In this document: positions 37,693 through 47,551 of the stretch, piece after piece
Numbering within the stretch: the first letter of the stretch is position 1
How the letters are laid out: the number at the start of each line of letters is the position of its first letter
Assembly: GCA_945865565.1 (NCBI GenBank)
Contig: CAMBEK010000004.1
Location: 24,714-88,713, forward strand
From: Pseudobacteriovorax antillogorgiicola
GTDB lineage: Bacteria; Bdellovibrionota_B; Oligoflexia; Oligoflexales; RGVZ01
DNA: 64,000 nucleotides
Reading direction: 5' to 3'
The notes under the pieces: model-generated
Seen by the model: the letters and a program-made list of their open reading frames with translations, nothing else
Told to the model about the DNA's origin: nothing
Database searches by the model: none
Position numbers and translations under genes: made by a program

Positions 37693-39186
37693 ATGGCGCA
37701 GCAGTCCCAGCAGATACAGCAAGCGAGCGCCCTGTCTGAATTCCGCCACACCACCGTGGGCGTAAGGCACACGAAAATTGTTGGCACGTTGGGGCCATCA
37801 TCGTCGAATGAAGACACCTTGAGGGAACTGATCCGCGCTGGACTCAACGTGGCCCGCCTCAATTTTTCCCACGGCGACCATGATACCCATCGCAAAAACG
37901 CTGATCTCGTCAGGCGCATCGCCCGGGAAGAGGGGCGGACTGTGGCGATCCTTCAAGATTTGCAGGGTCCAAAAATCCGTTGCGGGAAACTGATCAATGG
38001 CTCGCAGGTGATTCCTCCCGGTGGATCCTACATCCTTGCCTTTGGCACGCAACAAACTGATCCCGGGATTATTCCGATCGATTACCGGGAGTTGATCAAA
38101 GACGTTAGCGTTGGTCACCGCGTCATGATGGACGATGGACTTCTGGTTTTTCGCATTGACGAAATCATCGGCGACAACGTCCGGGTGACCGCTGCCGAAG
38201 GCGGTCTTCTAAAGAGCCGCAAGGGTGTCAATTTTCCAGATTCGCGACTTTCTCTTCCTGCGATGACCGAAAAAGACAGCCGTGACCTTTTGTTTGGCAT
38301 CAGCCTTGGCGTCGACTTCATTGCACTTTCATTTGTGCAATCAGAGGCCGACATTCACATGATAAAAAAAATGATCCATGCCTTGGGTGCCGATATTCCA
38401 GTCATTGCCAAAATTGAAAAAATCTCGGCCCTCGATGAAATTCATCAGATTGCACGCGCGGCCGACGGCCTTATGGTTGCCCGTGGAGATCTTGGCGTAG
38501 AAGCCAATGTCGAGCGCGTTCCAGGATTTCAGAGGGTGATCCTTGCCGCCGCAGCAGCCGCCGCAAAACCAGCCATCATTGCGACGCAAATGTTGGAATC
38601 CATGATTGAAAACCCTCGGGCAACCTTGGCTGAAATTGCCGACGTCGCCAATGGTGTCCTGGATGGAGCGGATTGCCTGATGCTTTCCGGCGAAGTTGCC
38701 AGCGGAAAATTCCCGGTCGAATGTGTGCAAACCATGGCCGCAATCATCGACGAAGTGGAACAATGGACCTTCCGCCGACCGGTTCGTTACGCCATGGATC
38801 TGAATGACAACGATCTCCTCTGGGAGGACCATGAAGCCATCGCCCGGGCGGCCTGTGAGGCAGCCGATGCCATCGAGGCAAAACTCATCGTATGCCTGAC
38901 CCTGACTGGCTCCATTGCACGCCTCATGGCGCGCTGGCGCCCAAGGACCCCGATCCTTGCAATCAGCCCGCGTCGTGATGTCATTGAAAAGCTGGCCATT
39001 GTATGGGGCGTTTATGGCCTTCAAAGTCCTCTGTTCTACAATACAGATGTGCTGTTGGCTGACCTACCCAACCTTCTTAAAAATCTCGGACTGGTCAACT
39101 CTGGAGATACGGTCGTCATCACGGCCGGCATTCCAATCAATCAGGTTCGTCCGACCAACATGGTTAAAATCAACCGGATTCCCTAA
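37693..39186 (+). CDS. pyk: Pyruvate kinase
   Basis: ATG at 37693; the track start at 37525 is unlikely. Motifs RHTKIVGTLGP, RLNFSHG and MVARGDLGVE. Confidence 0.94.
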   Translation: MAQQSQQIQQASALSEFRHTTVGVRHTKIVGTLGPSSSNEDTLRELIRAGLNVARLNFSHGDHDTHRKNADLVRRIAREEGRTVAILQDLQGPKIRCGKLINGSQVIPPGGSYILAFGTQQTDPGIIPIDYRELIKDVSVGHRVMMDDGLLVFRIDEIIGDNVRVTAAEGGLLKSRKGVNFPDSRLSLPAMTEKDSRDLLFGISLGVDFIALSFVQSEADIHMIKKMIHALGADIPVIAKIEKISALDEIHQIARAADGLMVARGDLGVEANVERVPGFQRVILAAAAAAAKPAIIATQMLESMIENPRATLAEIADVANGVLDGADCLMLSGEVASGKFPVECVQTMAAIIDEVEQWTFRRPVRYAMDLNDNDLLWEDHEAIARAACEAADAIEAKLIVCLTLTGSIARLMARWRPRTPILAISPRRDVIEKLAIVWGVYGLQSPLFYNTDVLLADLPNLLKNLGLVNSGDTVVITAGIPINQVRPTNMVKINRIP

Positions 39187-40092
39187 GTCGATCGCCGACA
39201 CGCAATTGCGTCCGCCGGCTTTGCTCCGGTACAGCATTGCGTCTGCGCCTTCAAGCATTCGACCACTGTCAATATGCAGCCGGGCCGGAGACCAGGAAAT
39301 CCCGAAACTGGCCGTCACATGCACAACCCTGCCATGAGTCAGAAATGCTTGGCCGGCAATTAATTCGCGCAAGGCATCCACGGCGTCGAATGCATCTCCC
39401 ACAGATTCCGCTGAAAAACAGAACACAAATTCGTCCCCACCGTAGCGGGCGGCGCGACTGAAAGATTGAGCCAAGTCCCCACTATTCCATTCGCGAAGCA
39501 AATGCCCGACCGCACGAAGTACATCACTTCCCACCATATGATTATTGCGGTCATTCACTTGTTTGAAAAAATCGATGTCCATCATCACGACGGCCATGGC
39601 ATAGCGCCCATCACGGCAATGTTGATTGGCAGAGGCAAGTTGCGGTTTGAACGAACGCATGTTCAAGAGTCCCGTCAAGTCATCTGTACAACTGAGATGG
39701 GCAAGCTGGCGATTTGTCGCCTGCAGGTGTTGGGTCATCGCCCTGAACCGCACGGCCTGAACCAGACGCAGCATCAATTCAGGTGAGTCATGTTTTGCAA
39801 TCACGAGATCATCGACACCGGAATCCAATGCCCGGACCATCAATTCAGGGCCAAAGGACGCAATGTCCCCTGTCGTCAATTGAACCAATACCGCTGGTTG
39901 AACTGTCGCGGCATCGATCCGGGAGCGCCAGACCTCAATCACCTTGAGCCAAGGCTCGACATGCGATGCGGCCTCGATCTGCAACACGACGGCTTTCGGA
40001 TTGAGCTCCAGAACCCTTGACCACAAAGGAATACAGTCACCACGACGAACTGCGGACGAGGCGTCAATCGACACTGCTTCGGCCATGATCAT
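39064..40092 (-). CDS. Diguanylate cyclase (GGDEF) with a degenerate receiver-like N-terminal domain
   Basis: GGDEF active site RYGGDEFVF with no RxxD I-site 5 residues upstream. The start is uncertain: candidate ATGs at 40092 and 40086, while the track start at 40296 would overlap the divergent PBP1A start. The 3' tail overlaps pyk. Confidence 0.8.
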   Translation of the reverse strand: MIMAEAVSIDASSAVRRGDCIPLWSRVLELNPKAVVLQIEAASHVEPWLKVIEVWRSRIDAATVQPAVLVQLTTGDIASFGPELMVRALDSGVDDLVIAKHDSPELMLRLVQAVRFRAMTQHLQATNRQLAHLSCTDDLTGLLNMRSFKPQLASANQHCRDGRYAMAVVMMDIDFFKQVNDRNNHMVGSDVLRAVGHLLREWNSGDLAQSFSRAARYGGDEFVFCFSAESVGDAFDAVDALRELIAGQAFLTHGRVVHVTASFGISWSPARLHIDSGRMLEGADAMLYRSKAGGRNCVSAIDLGNPVDFNHVGRTNLIDWNAGRDDDRISRVDQSEIFKKVG

Positions 40093-40278
40093 TTCAGCGT
40101 CACTGCTCAAATCGCCTCCAGGGAAAACACGCTCTGAGCCACTCTGGCCCGCGGTTCTTCGGAGAACTACCGGAATGACTTTATAGCAACCATCAAGGTC
40201 AAAGAAATATCCGCTTAAAATCGGCAACTTAAACCCGAAAGCAACACAAGAATCGATATCCAAGATAAAATATGGATT

Positions 40279-42351
40279 ATGAACCCTTACGATCAACGGG
40301 CTATTTGGTATCGCCTGCTCGCAATCGCAACCGTCTGCGCCACTTTATTGGTTGCGGTTGCCGCGGGCAGTGGATTTCTATTTTTAAAACATGCCGGCGT
40401 TTTTGAACCTGACGAAAAACTGATTGAAAAAATCACCAGCCACCAAACCCGGTCCAATACGGTCGTCCTTGCCCGGGATGGTAGCAAGATCGGTGAATTC
40501 TATGAAGTTGACCGGGCGTTTGTAGCCTATGCTCAGCTGCCAAAAGACCTCATTAAATCAATCGTTGCCATCGAAGATCACAATTTTTGGAGCCACAACG
40601 GCTTTGATCCGAAAGGCATTCTTCGCGCTGCAATCGCAAACATTACGGGTGGCAGAACGAAACAAGGTGCCAGCACAATCAGCCAGCAGCTGGTAAAAAC
40701 TTTTATTTTGGGCAATGAGCGTACTTTTGCGCGCAAGGCACGAGAGGTTTTTCTCGCCATAAAACTGGAACGACTCATCACTAAAGAAAGAATCCTTGAG
40801 CTATATGCGAACGAGATGTTTCTGGGCAGCGGTTCCTATGGGGTTGCAGCCGCAGCCAAGAGATACTTCAGTAAAGGCCTCAGCGATCTTGAACCACATG
40901 AGAGTGCGCTGATTGCCGGTCTATTCCAATCACCTTCAGCCTTCAATCCATTGCGCCATCCGCAACGGGCGCGTGCGCGCCAAAAATTGGTGATCCAGGC
41001 ACTTTATGCCACCGGCAATATCCGCCTTCAACAACGCGACGAAATGCTGCGTCAGAATCTCAGCTATAAACCGTGGTCCACTGATGGTAGCGACGCCATC
41101 GCGCCGTGGTTTCTTGACCACGTGCGGGAAGAAGCCTCGGCAATCACAGGCCGGGATATTCGAGGCGAGGGTTTGATCATCAAGACCACGCTCGATCCGC
41201 ACCTGCAAGGCGCTTCGACACAGGCAGTCAAAGACGCCGATTCAAACTTTCGACGCTTTGAGCACCAGGGACGCCTGGAGGCAGCCCTCATCGCCATTGA
41301 CCCAAGCACAGGCGGAATTCTGGCCATGACTGGTGGCCGCAATTATCAGATCTCCCAATTCAACCGGGCCATGTCAGCCAAACGTCATCCCGGATCTTCC
41401 TTCAAGACTTTTGTCTATGCGTATGCTCTTAAGAAGGGCTGGACTTGGGCAGACCGAATGTTTATCGATCCTGTCAAAATCGATGACTACGCACCCAAAA
41501 ACCTGACTGATGAATACTTTACCGAAACCACAATGCTCCGTGCGTTTTATCGTTCGGTAAATACTGCTGCGGTGGAAGTTGCGCACAAGGTCGGCCTCGG
41601 AGGACTTCTCGAATTCGCCAAGCAATTGGGCGTAAAAACCGCACTGAAGCGCGAGCTAGGGACAGCACTTGGCGGCTCTGAGACGACAATGCTTGATATG
41701 GCGTCTGCCTATGCCACCATTGCGAACGCAGGACAACCAGAGCAACCTCATGCCATCACCGCCATTGAATCCGCGAGCGGTGAATCGCTTTTCCAGCACC
41801 ACAGAACCAACGAACCAAGCGTTGGCGCCCCGGAATCCCCAGAAAATCAATTAGAAAAGCCATTGGAAAAACCGTTGGACGAGGCGACAGCCTGGCTGGT
41901 GACAGAAGGACTCCGCTCCGTCTTGCGCCATGGCACCGCCAAGTCAGCGTCCTCGATCGCGCAACATGCCGTCGGGAAAACCGGAACATCAAACGAAGGG
42001 ACCGACAGCTGGTTTTGCGGCTATTCCGCTGCAGTGGCTGCTGCGGTATGGGTTGGTCGTGACGATCACACACCGATTTCCGACGCAACTGGCACAACCC
42101 TGGCCCTGCCAATATGGCGCCATTTCATCGAAACCTCGCTGGAAATACCTGAATGGCGAAAAAAATTCCATAAACCAGAAGGCATCGTCGAACTTCTGAT
42201 CGATCCAACCTATGGTAGCCCAACGGAACGTGGCATCCGGATGTCATTCCTCGAAGGTACCCAACCCGTTGGGACTGCCACCATGAGAATCGGAACCCCC
42301 AATCCAGATCAAAAAACAGAAGAAGATTTCCCTGATATCTTTACAAGGTGA
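40279..42351 (+). CDS. mrcA: Penicillin-binding protein 1A (bifunctional glycosyltransferase/transpeptidase)
   Basis: 690 aa with an N-terminal TM anchor. GT51 motifs EDHNFWSHNGFD and GASTISQQL. Transpeptidase motifs SSFK, SVN and KTGTS. Confidence 0.93.
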   Translation: MNPYDQRAIWYRLLAIATVCATLLVAVAAGSGFLFLKHAGVFEPDEKLIEKITSHQTRSNTVVLARDGSKIGEFYEVDRAFVAYAQLPKDLIKSIVAIEDHNFWSHNGFDPKGILRAAIANITGGRTKQGASTISQQLVKTFILGNERTFARKAREVFLAIKLERLITKERILELYANEMFLGSGSYGVAAAAKRYFSKGLSDLEPHESALIAGLFQSPSAFNPLRHPQRARARQKLVIQALYATGNIRLQQRDEMLRQNLSYKPWSTDGSDAIAPWFLDHVREEASAITGRDIRGEGLIIKTTLDPHLQGASTQAVKDADSNFRRFEHQGRLEAALIAIDPSTGGILAMTGGRNYQISQFNRAMSAKRHPGSSFKTFVYAYALKKGWTWADRMFIDPVKIDDYAPKNLTDEYFTETTMLRAFYRSVNTAAVEVAHKVGLGGLLEFAKQLGVKTALKRELGTALGGSETTMLDMASAYATIANAGQPEQPHAITAIESASGESLFQHHRTNEPSVGAPESPENQLEKPLEKPLDEATAWLVTEGLRSVLRHGTAKSASSIAQHAVGKTGTSNEGTDSWFCGYSAAVAAAVWVGRDDHTPISDATGTTLALPIWRHFIETSLEIPEWRKKFHKPEGIVELLIDPTYGSPTERGIRMSFLEGTQPVGTATMRIGTPNPDQKTEEDFPDIFTR

Positions 42352-42354
42352 CCG

Positions 42355-43875
42355 ATGGAAAATTTTGCCATGAACAAAAATATTGCTGCAAATATTTACG
42401 CAGTTCTTCTGGCAACCGCACTTTTGTCGTACCAATCCGAGGCGATGGCCCAGGGATTCGAGGTTTCATCTCCGCGGCGGATTCCGACTCCCAATGAAGC
42501 TCCAGCCAAGGACACAGCCGGATCTCCGCCATCGTCAGAATCAGCACCTTTGACCAAAAATGGTGAGACGCGGGACCGTTGCCGGGATGCTTTTTTCCAA
42601 TATGCGCTGCCGTTAAAAAAAATTGCGCGCCACATCCCGAACACTAAATTTGCAGCCGAGGTGATGGCACTCGACGCCGATGATTGTCTGGCGCCCCAAC
42701 GGCGCATTGCCCTGGTTAAATTGCTGACCAAGCTTTTGAATGAACACGACCTCAATGCGTTGGTGTTGGTCCCTGAGGACGGCAAAAACACGGAAAGAAA
42801 CCTGGCCACCGATGCATTGATCCGGGGAATGAAGTCTGCCCTCGGTCCAGGTCAGGAAAAATCGCTGAATATTGTGCGCATTCCAATGCAAGAATCCGGT
42901 CAATCCATGACGGTGGATGACTTGATCAAAAACATTGCAATGACATTCTGGACAACCAGACCATCGATGATTATTTCAGCCCTGACGGCGGCGGAAGATT
43001 CAGCTGCAGGATCGTTGGCCAAGGACCTGGCCATACCCGTTGTCATCGTTGGACCGGCACCGATAGATAAGCGGGGCACTAAGACCAAAAAATCACAGCG
43101 GATCTTCCGGATATTCCCTGATGAGGGCCACCTTGCTGCAACACTGGCTAAAACGGCATGCAATCGCGTCATCAAAAAAGCCGCCATCATCCGCCCAAGC
43201 TCACCGGCGGCGGAAAACTTCGCCAACTTATTCGAAACTAAATTTAAATCATGCGGCGGACTCGTCGCCACCGGAGGCGTTTACGTAAATGCAAACTTCG
43301 AATCGGTCGACCTGGCAATCAAGGAAATTGCACCCGCACTAAGCACGGCACCAGGGAGTTCCGCTGGCACAGCAGCCAAAGCCGGGCTTCTTATCCTAGA
43401 TGACGCACGGGTGGCACGGCATGCAGCCAAAGTTGCAAAACTGAACGGCCTTCCCGCAATCACCCTCATGGGCCACCATCGATGGCGTTCGGCAACCATC
43501 ATCGAACCTTTCGACCCAGCCTTTGAAATGTCTTTTTTTGTCGATTACCTTGGGTTGAATCTAGCCAATACGAGCAGCCCCCCCCAGTTTCCTGATCCAC
43601 AAACGACCTGGCAGGCAGTCTGGCTGGCGACAGGCACACGGGCCGGACAACTGGCATCCGCAACATTTCAAGCCGGATCAGGATATCCGCGCAAAAACTT
43701 GCACCGGGTCATGGCAACCTTGCCAGCACCGCAGGATCGTTTTTTTGGATCTAAAACTTTTTTTATGCCAAATTTAGAAGCTTGGTGGCCTGCCTTTGTG
43801 TTCACAATCACACACGGCAGTATTCAAGCTAATCCAACAATTGATCAGGGCGAGGCAATTCCAGCAAAACCCTGA
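42355..43875 (+). CDS. Periplasmic type-I binding-fold protein, LpoA/LppC-like (putative PBP1A partner)
   Basis: 506 aa. Signal peptide ending AMA with no lipobox Cys. Helical N-terminal part followed by a LivK/LpoA-like alternating beta-alpha pattern (ALVLVPEDG, IPVVIVGP, IFRIFPDEGHLAATLAK, AAIIRPSS, GLLILDD). It starts 3 nt after the PBP1A stop. Confidence 0.45.
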   Translation: MENFAMNKNIAANIYAVLLATALLSYQSEAMAQGFEVSSPRRIPTPNEAPAKDTAGSPPSSESAPLTKNGETRDRCRDAFFQYALPLKKIARHIPNTKFAAEVMALDADDCLAPQRRIALVKLLTKLLNEHDLNALVLVPEDGKNTERNLATDALIRGMKSALGPGQEKSLNIVRIPMQESGQSMTVDDLIKNIAMTFWTTRPSMIISALTAAEDSAAGSLAKDLAIPVVIVGPAPIDKRGTKTKKSQRIFRIFPDEGHLAATLAKTACNRVIKKAAIIRPSSPAAENFANLFETKFKSCGGLVATGGVYVNANFESVDLAIKEIAPALSTAPGSSAGTAAKAGLLILDDARVARHAAKVAKLNGLPAITLMGHHRWRSATIIEPFDPAFEMSFFVDYLGLNLANTSSPPQFPDPQTTWQAVWLATGTRAGQLASATFQAGSGYPRKNLHRVMATLPAPQDRFFGSKTFFMPNLEAWWPAFVFTITHGSIQANPTIDQGEAIPAKP

Positions 43876-44659
43876 ATCCAAAACGCAGCATGAGGGGTTC
43901 AAGCTGCGCCGCAGAGGAATCCTTTCGCGTGACCCAAGCCGTACCCTGGTCTCGTGATTTTCCGATTTTTGATTCAAGGCCTGAGGCGAGATTCTGCACG
44001 CGGGAGGCAATGGCTGAACCTGAATCAATCCATTGCACCGGCCAAGGCGAGGCCTGCAACAATTCATCTCGCAGCAAAGGAAAATGGGTGCACCCAAGAA
44101 CAACCGTATCCAGTCGCATCGATTTTTCGATCCTGGAAAAATCAACGAACAATGATTTGATCTCTTCGCGAACGAGTTCAACCGGGACCACCGAACCGCG
44201 GGCCTTTTCTTCTGCCAATTCGACGAGGCGCGAACTGCCGACGCGGATCACGTGGTGGTCGCTCGCAAAACGCTGAATCAGTTCGTCGACATAAATCCGC
44301 TTGATCGTTGCCGGCGTGGCCAAAAGACCGATGACACCAGACGCCGATTTTTCAGCTGCCGGTTTGATCGCAGGCACCACGCCAACAATGGGAAGGTTCA
44401 ACTTGGATCGAAGCAATCCCAGCGCAACGGTGCTGGCCGTGTTGCAGGCAATCACCAATAAATCAAGTTCTGCAGCCATGACAAAGCGGGAGCAGACATC
44501 GAGGGTCCGCTGGGCCACAGCATCGTCGGCCTTGGTCCCGTAGGGGTGAAATTCGTTGTCAGAGCAGTAGTAGAAGTTTGCATCAGGCAAGGTGGACTTG
44601 ATTGCCTGGTATACCGTCAGACCGCCCACGCCTGAATCAAATATACCGATTCTAACCAT
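43829..44659 (-). CDS. murI: Glutamate racemase
   Basis: 276 aa. Motifs FDSGVGGLT, ACNTAS and GCTHFP. Confidence 0.95.
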   Translation of the reverse strand: MVRIGIFDSGVGGLTVYQAIKSTLPDANFYYCSDNEFHPYGTKADDAVAQRTLDVCSRFVMAAELDLLVIACNTASTVALGLLRSKLNLPIVGVVPAIKPAAEKSASGVIGLLATPATIKRIYVDELIQRFASDHHVIRVGSSRLVELAEEKARGSVVPVELVREEIKSLFVDFSRIEKSMRLDTVVLGCTHFPLLRDELLQASPWPVQWIDSGSAIASRVQNLASGLESKIGKSRDQGTAWVTRKDSSAAQLEPLMLRFGFRVLLELPRPDQLLD

Positions 44660-45459
44660 CAGTGTGCGCGCGCGAGACGGACGTTGTTCGGAATAACGGG
44701 GAGAACCGGTTTGATTTTTTTCTTGCGCATGGTGTGACCAAGCATGGCCTTGATCCGGTGGCGGACCGCTGCTGAATTGCCCGCTCCTTCAAATGCCTTG
44801 TGACGCAATATGGTCACAGGTTTTTGACCGCGGGGAAGATCTCCGGATGCTACCACTTCAATTCCTCCCGCCGGACGACCAGGGATAAAACGAGATGCAT
44901 GGACGTAGTCTAACTTCCGGTTTTCATGACGGTCCAGAAAAATAACAACGTGATCAGGCAACACAATGAGGTCACCCGGGCGAGCGAGTTCCAGACTGCG
45001 GCCGACAGATTTAAAGGATAAATCGCGTTTCTTCGTGTGCCGGATCAGCGACTGGCTGGTGATCCTGGTGGAACCGAGTCCAGCCGCACGCATCACCCGC
45101 GATACGAAACCGGAGCAATCCACCCCGCACTGTTCACAGGCTGGGCATTGGGCGAGGCGGCGATATGGATTCACTTTTGTTTTTTCAATGCAGCTCTGGC
45201 AGGCCGCGCAGACGACTGGGCTGCTGGTGGTGCGCCCACCCCAAACGTAGGCAATGTCATCGCGCCGGCTCAGAGCCGTCACGGCATCCAGCAGAGCGAC
45301 CAGACGACGTTCTGAAGGATTAGCCTCGCTGACCTGGACCACGCGGGTAACGCCGGGCTTGCTTGATTTTCCACTGGCTGCCAAGCTGGTCTGAGAGAGA
45401 CAAAAAACAGTGCACAGCAGAGAGACAAACAGCGCGAAAGGTAACGCGGCCGATCGCAT
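44659..45459 (-). CDS. NlpC/P60 (C40) cell-wall peptidase with a Cys-rich insertion
   Basis: ATG at 45459 gives a signal peptide (MRSAALPFALFVSLLCTVFCLSQTSLA). Catalytic Cys in DCSGFVSRV, His in PDHVVIFL, third residue in YVHAS. The stop overlaps the murI start by 1 nt (TGATG). Confidence 0.8.
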   Translation of the reverse strand: MRSAALPFALFVSLLCTVFCLSQTSLAASGKSSKPGVTRVVQVSEANPSERRLVALLDAVTALSRRDDIAYVWGGRTTSSPVVCAACQSCIEKTKVNPYRRLAQCPACEQCGVDCSGFVSRVMRAAGLGSTRITSQSLIRHTKKRDLSFKSVGRSLELARPGDLIVLPDHVVIFLDRHENRKLDYVHASRFIPGRPAGGIEVVASGDLPRGQKPVTILRHKAFEGAGNSAAVRHRIKAMLGHTMRKKKIKPVLPVIPNNVRLARAH

Positions 45460-45567
45460 CCAGCGATAATCAAAAATTGACCTTGCAAAAAGCACGAACA
45501 CCTAGAGCACCAAGGGCTTTAAAGATTCATAAAGTTACGTGCCCCTTGATATGCTAAAAGCCTTTTT

Positions 45568-46506
45568 ATGTCAAATTTCAATGAATTGATAAAAAATATA
45601 AGAAGTCTCTTAATCGGACCGGCGGTCTCTCGTTTTGCCCCCAGTCCAACCGGATATTTGCATGCCGGACATGTCGTTTCATGCCTTTATGTTTTTGGAA
45701 TCACCCGGGCAGTTGGCGGGCAAGTTCTGGTAAGAATTGAGGATCATGACCAAAGCCGGTCCCGGGATGCCTTTGACGATGCCATCCGTGATGACCTGAT
45801 CTGGTTGGGATTAATCCCTGATCGCTCGCCCTGGCCAGGGCACGAACTTGGCCAGTTTGAACCGCAGCTCCGCCAAAGCCTTCGAGCCGGGATTCACGCC
45901 CAGCGGCTACAGGATCTTACTGCCCAGGGGCTCACCTATCGCTGCGACTGCTCCCGCAAGGGCCTGTCCCACAATCCCGACGGGGAACTTTTCCATGACG
46001 GTGCCTGCAAAAATCGTCATGTGCCACAAGATGCGCCCCACGGAATCCGCGTACTGATGCCCGACCGTGATTTTGTTTTCGACGACTTGGCCCTAGGCAC
46101 CCAGCACCAGAATCCGCAGCGTCAGACTGGCGACTTGCTCGCGCGGGACCGGACAGGATCGTGGACCTACCAGTTTAGCTGCACCGTTGACGACCTCGAC
46201 CAAGGGGTCAATTTGATCATCCGGGGCGAGGACCTGCTCCCCTCTACCGCTCGTCAACTTGCCCTTCGCGAAGTTATAACCGGATCTGATCTGGCCCCCA
46301 CGCCACTCTTTTTTCATCACCCGCTCGTGAAAGATGAGTCTGGTAAAAAACTGGGAAAAAGGTTTCTTTCCACCTCAATCCGGCAAATGCGCCTTGATGG
46401 CCAGACTCCGGAAAAAGTATTGGGCTTTGCGGCATTTCTTGCAGGTAAGCTGGACCGGCAGGTTCCGTTGGATTTACCCACGGCGCTTGATCTTTTTGCG
46501 AGGTAA
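45568..46506 (+). CDS. gluQ: Glutamyl-Q tRNA(Asp) synthetase
   Basis: 312 aa. HIGH-like PSPTGYLHAGH and KMSKS-like KLGKR. The length lacks an anticodon-binding domain, as in GluQRS/YadB. Confidence 0.85.
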   Translation: MSNFNELIKNIRSLLIGPAVSRFAPSPTGYLHAGHVVSCLYVFGITRAVGGQVLVRIEDHDQSRSRDAFDDAIRDDLIWLGLIPDRSPWPGHELGQFEPQLRQSLRAGIHAQRLQDLTAQGLTYRCDCSRKGLSHNPDGELFHDGACKNRHVPQDAPHGIRVLMPDRDFVFDDLALGTQHQNPQRQTGDLLARDRTGSWTYQFSCTVDDLDQGVNLIIRGEDLLPSTARQLALREVITGSDLAPTPLFFHHPLVKDESGKKLGKRFLSTSIRQMRLDGQTPEKVLGFAAFLAGKLDRQVPLDLPTALDLFAR

Positions 46507-46512
46507 CGATTC

Positions 46513-47475
46513 GTGTCCGAATGGCAGTTTATCGACTGGATAAGAAGCAAGACCGGGTCCCTCGGCAAACCGGTTGACCCCGTTGTGCTCGGCCCGGGAG
46601 ACGATGCGGGCATCGTCAGGCTTACACCTGAAACGATCGCCGCCGTCGATATGCTCATGGATGGCGTTCATTTTGACCTAAAAAAAATCCCGGCGACCCT
46701 TGCTGGCCGCAAGGCACTCGCCGTGAATTTGAGCGACTTGGCAGCCATGGGAGCAAGGCCAGTCTGCGCCCTCGTGAGCCTGGCCCTGCCGACAAAAGGC
46801 GGAAGGGCCTTGGGTGAGCAGATCATGGAGGGGATCCTTGAACTCGCAAAAGAGTTTGAAGTCACCATTTTAGGAGGAGACACGAACTCCTGGGCGGGTC
46901 GTACCGTGATCTCGGTGACGGTTTTGGGAGAACCTCTGCCTGATCGGGCTCCCCTCACCAGATCTGGCGCGCGTCCCGGCGATTGGGTTCTTGTGACTGG
47001 AAGTTTAGGTGGCAGCCTTGGCCAAGGGAAAAATCTTGGGCGAGGACGTCACCTGACCTTTACTCCCCGGGTCCGAGAAGCTGCCCAACTCAACATGGGC
47101 TACGAGATCACTTCCATGATTGACCTGAGTGACGGCCTGGCCACCGATGCAGCTCACATTGCGCGGGAAAGCGGTCTCACCATTTTTCTGAACCCGGACC
47201 GCATTCCGGTTTCCCCGGATGTCCCTAAAGGGTCTCCTGAGCTCTCCCCCGAGGCTTCCAAACAACAGCGCCTGAAACAGGCCATGACGGACGGTGAGGA
47301 TTTTGAACTGATGTTCACGTCACCTCCTGATATTGCAAGGAAAATTCTTACCTCCAGCATCCTTTCTGGTGTGCCAGTGACGCACATCGGCGAATGCCGG
47401 GTAGGTGATCCTGTCCTTAAATGGCAGGACGGAACCCCCATCAAAGCAGATGGCTACCAGCACCAGCTCGACTAG
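46513..47475 (+). CDS. thiL: Thiamine-monophosphate kinase
   Basis: 320 aa, AIR-synthase-like. Motifs GPGDDAGIV and ILGGDTNSW. Confidence 0.88.
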   Translation: MSEWQFIDWIRSKTGSLGKPVDPVVLGPGDDAGIVRLTPETIAAVDMLMDGVHFDLKKIPATLAGRKALAVNLSDLAAMGARPVCALVSLALPTKGGRALGEQIMEGILELAKEFEVTILGGDTNSWAGRTVISVTVLGEPLPDRAPLTRSGARPGDWVLVTGSLGGSLGQGKNLGRGRHLTFTPRVREAAQLNMGYEITSMIDLSDGLATDAAHIARESGLTIFLNPDRIPVSPDVPKGSPELSPEASKQQRLKQAMTDGEDFELMFTSPPDIARKILTSSILSGVPVTHIGECRVGDPVLKWQDGTPIKADGYQHQLD

Positions 47476-47551
47476 GCTTGGCTGGACCTCAGACCGCTTT
47501 TCAAATACGTTACCTGCAGGATACCGGCAGACCAGAGGGATTTTTGAATTC

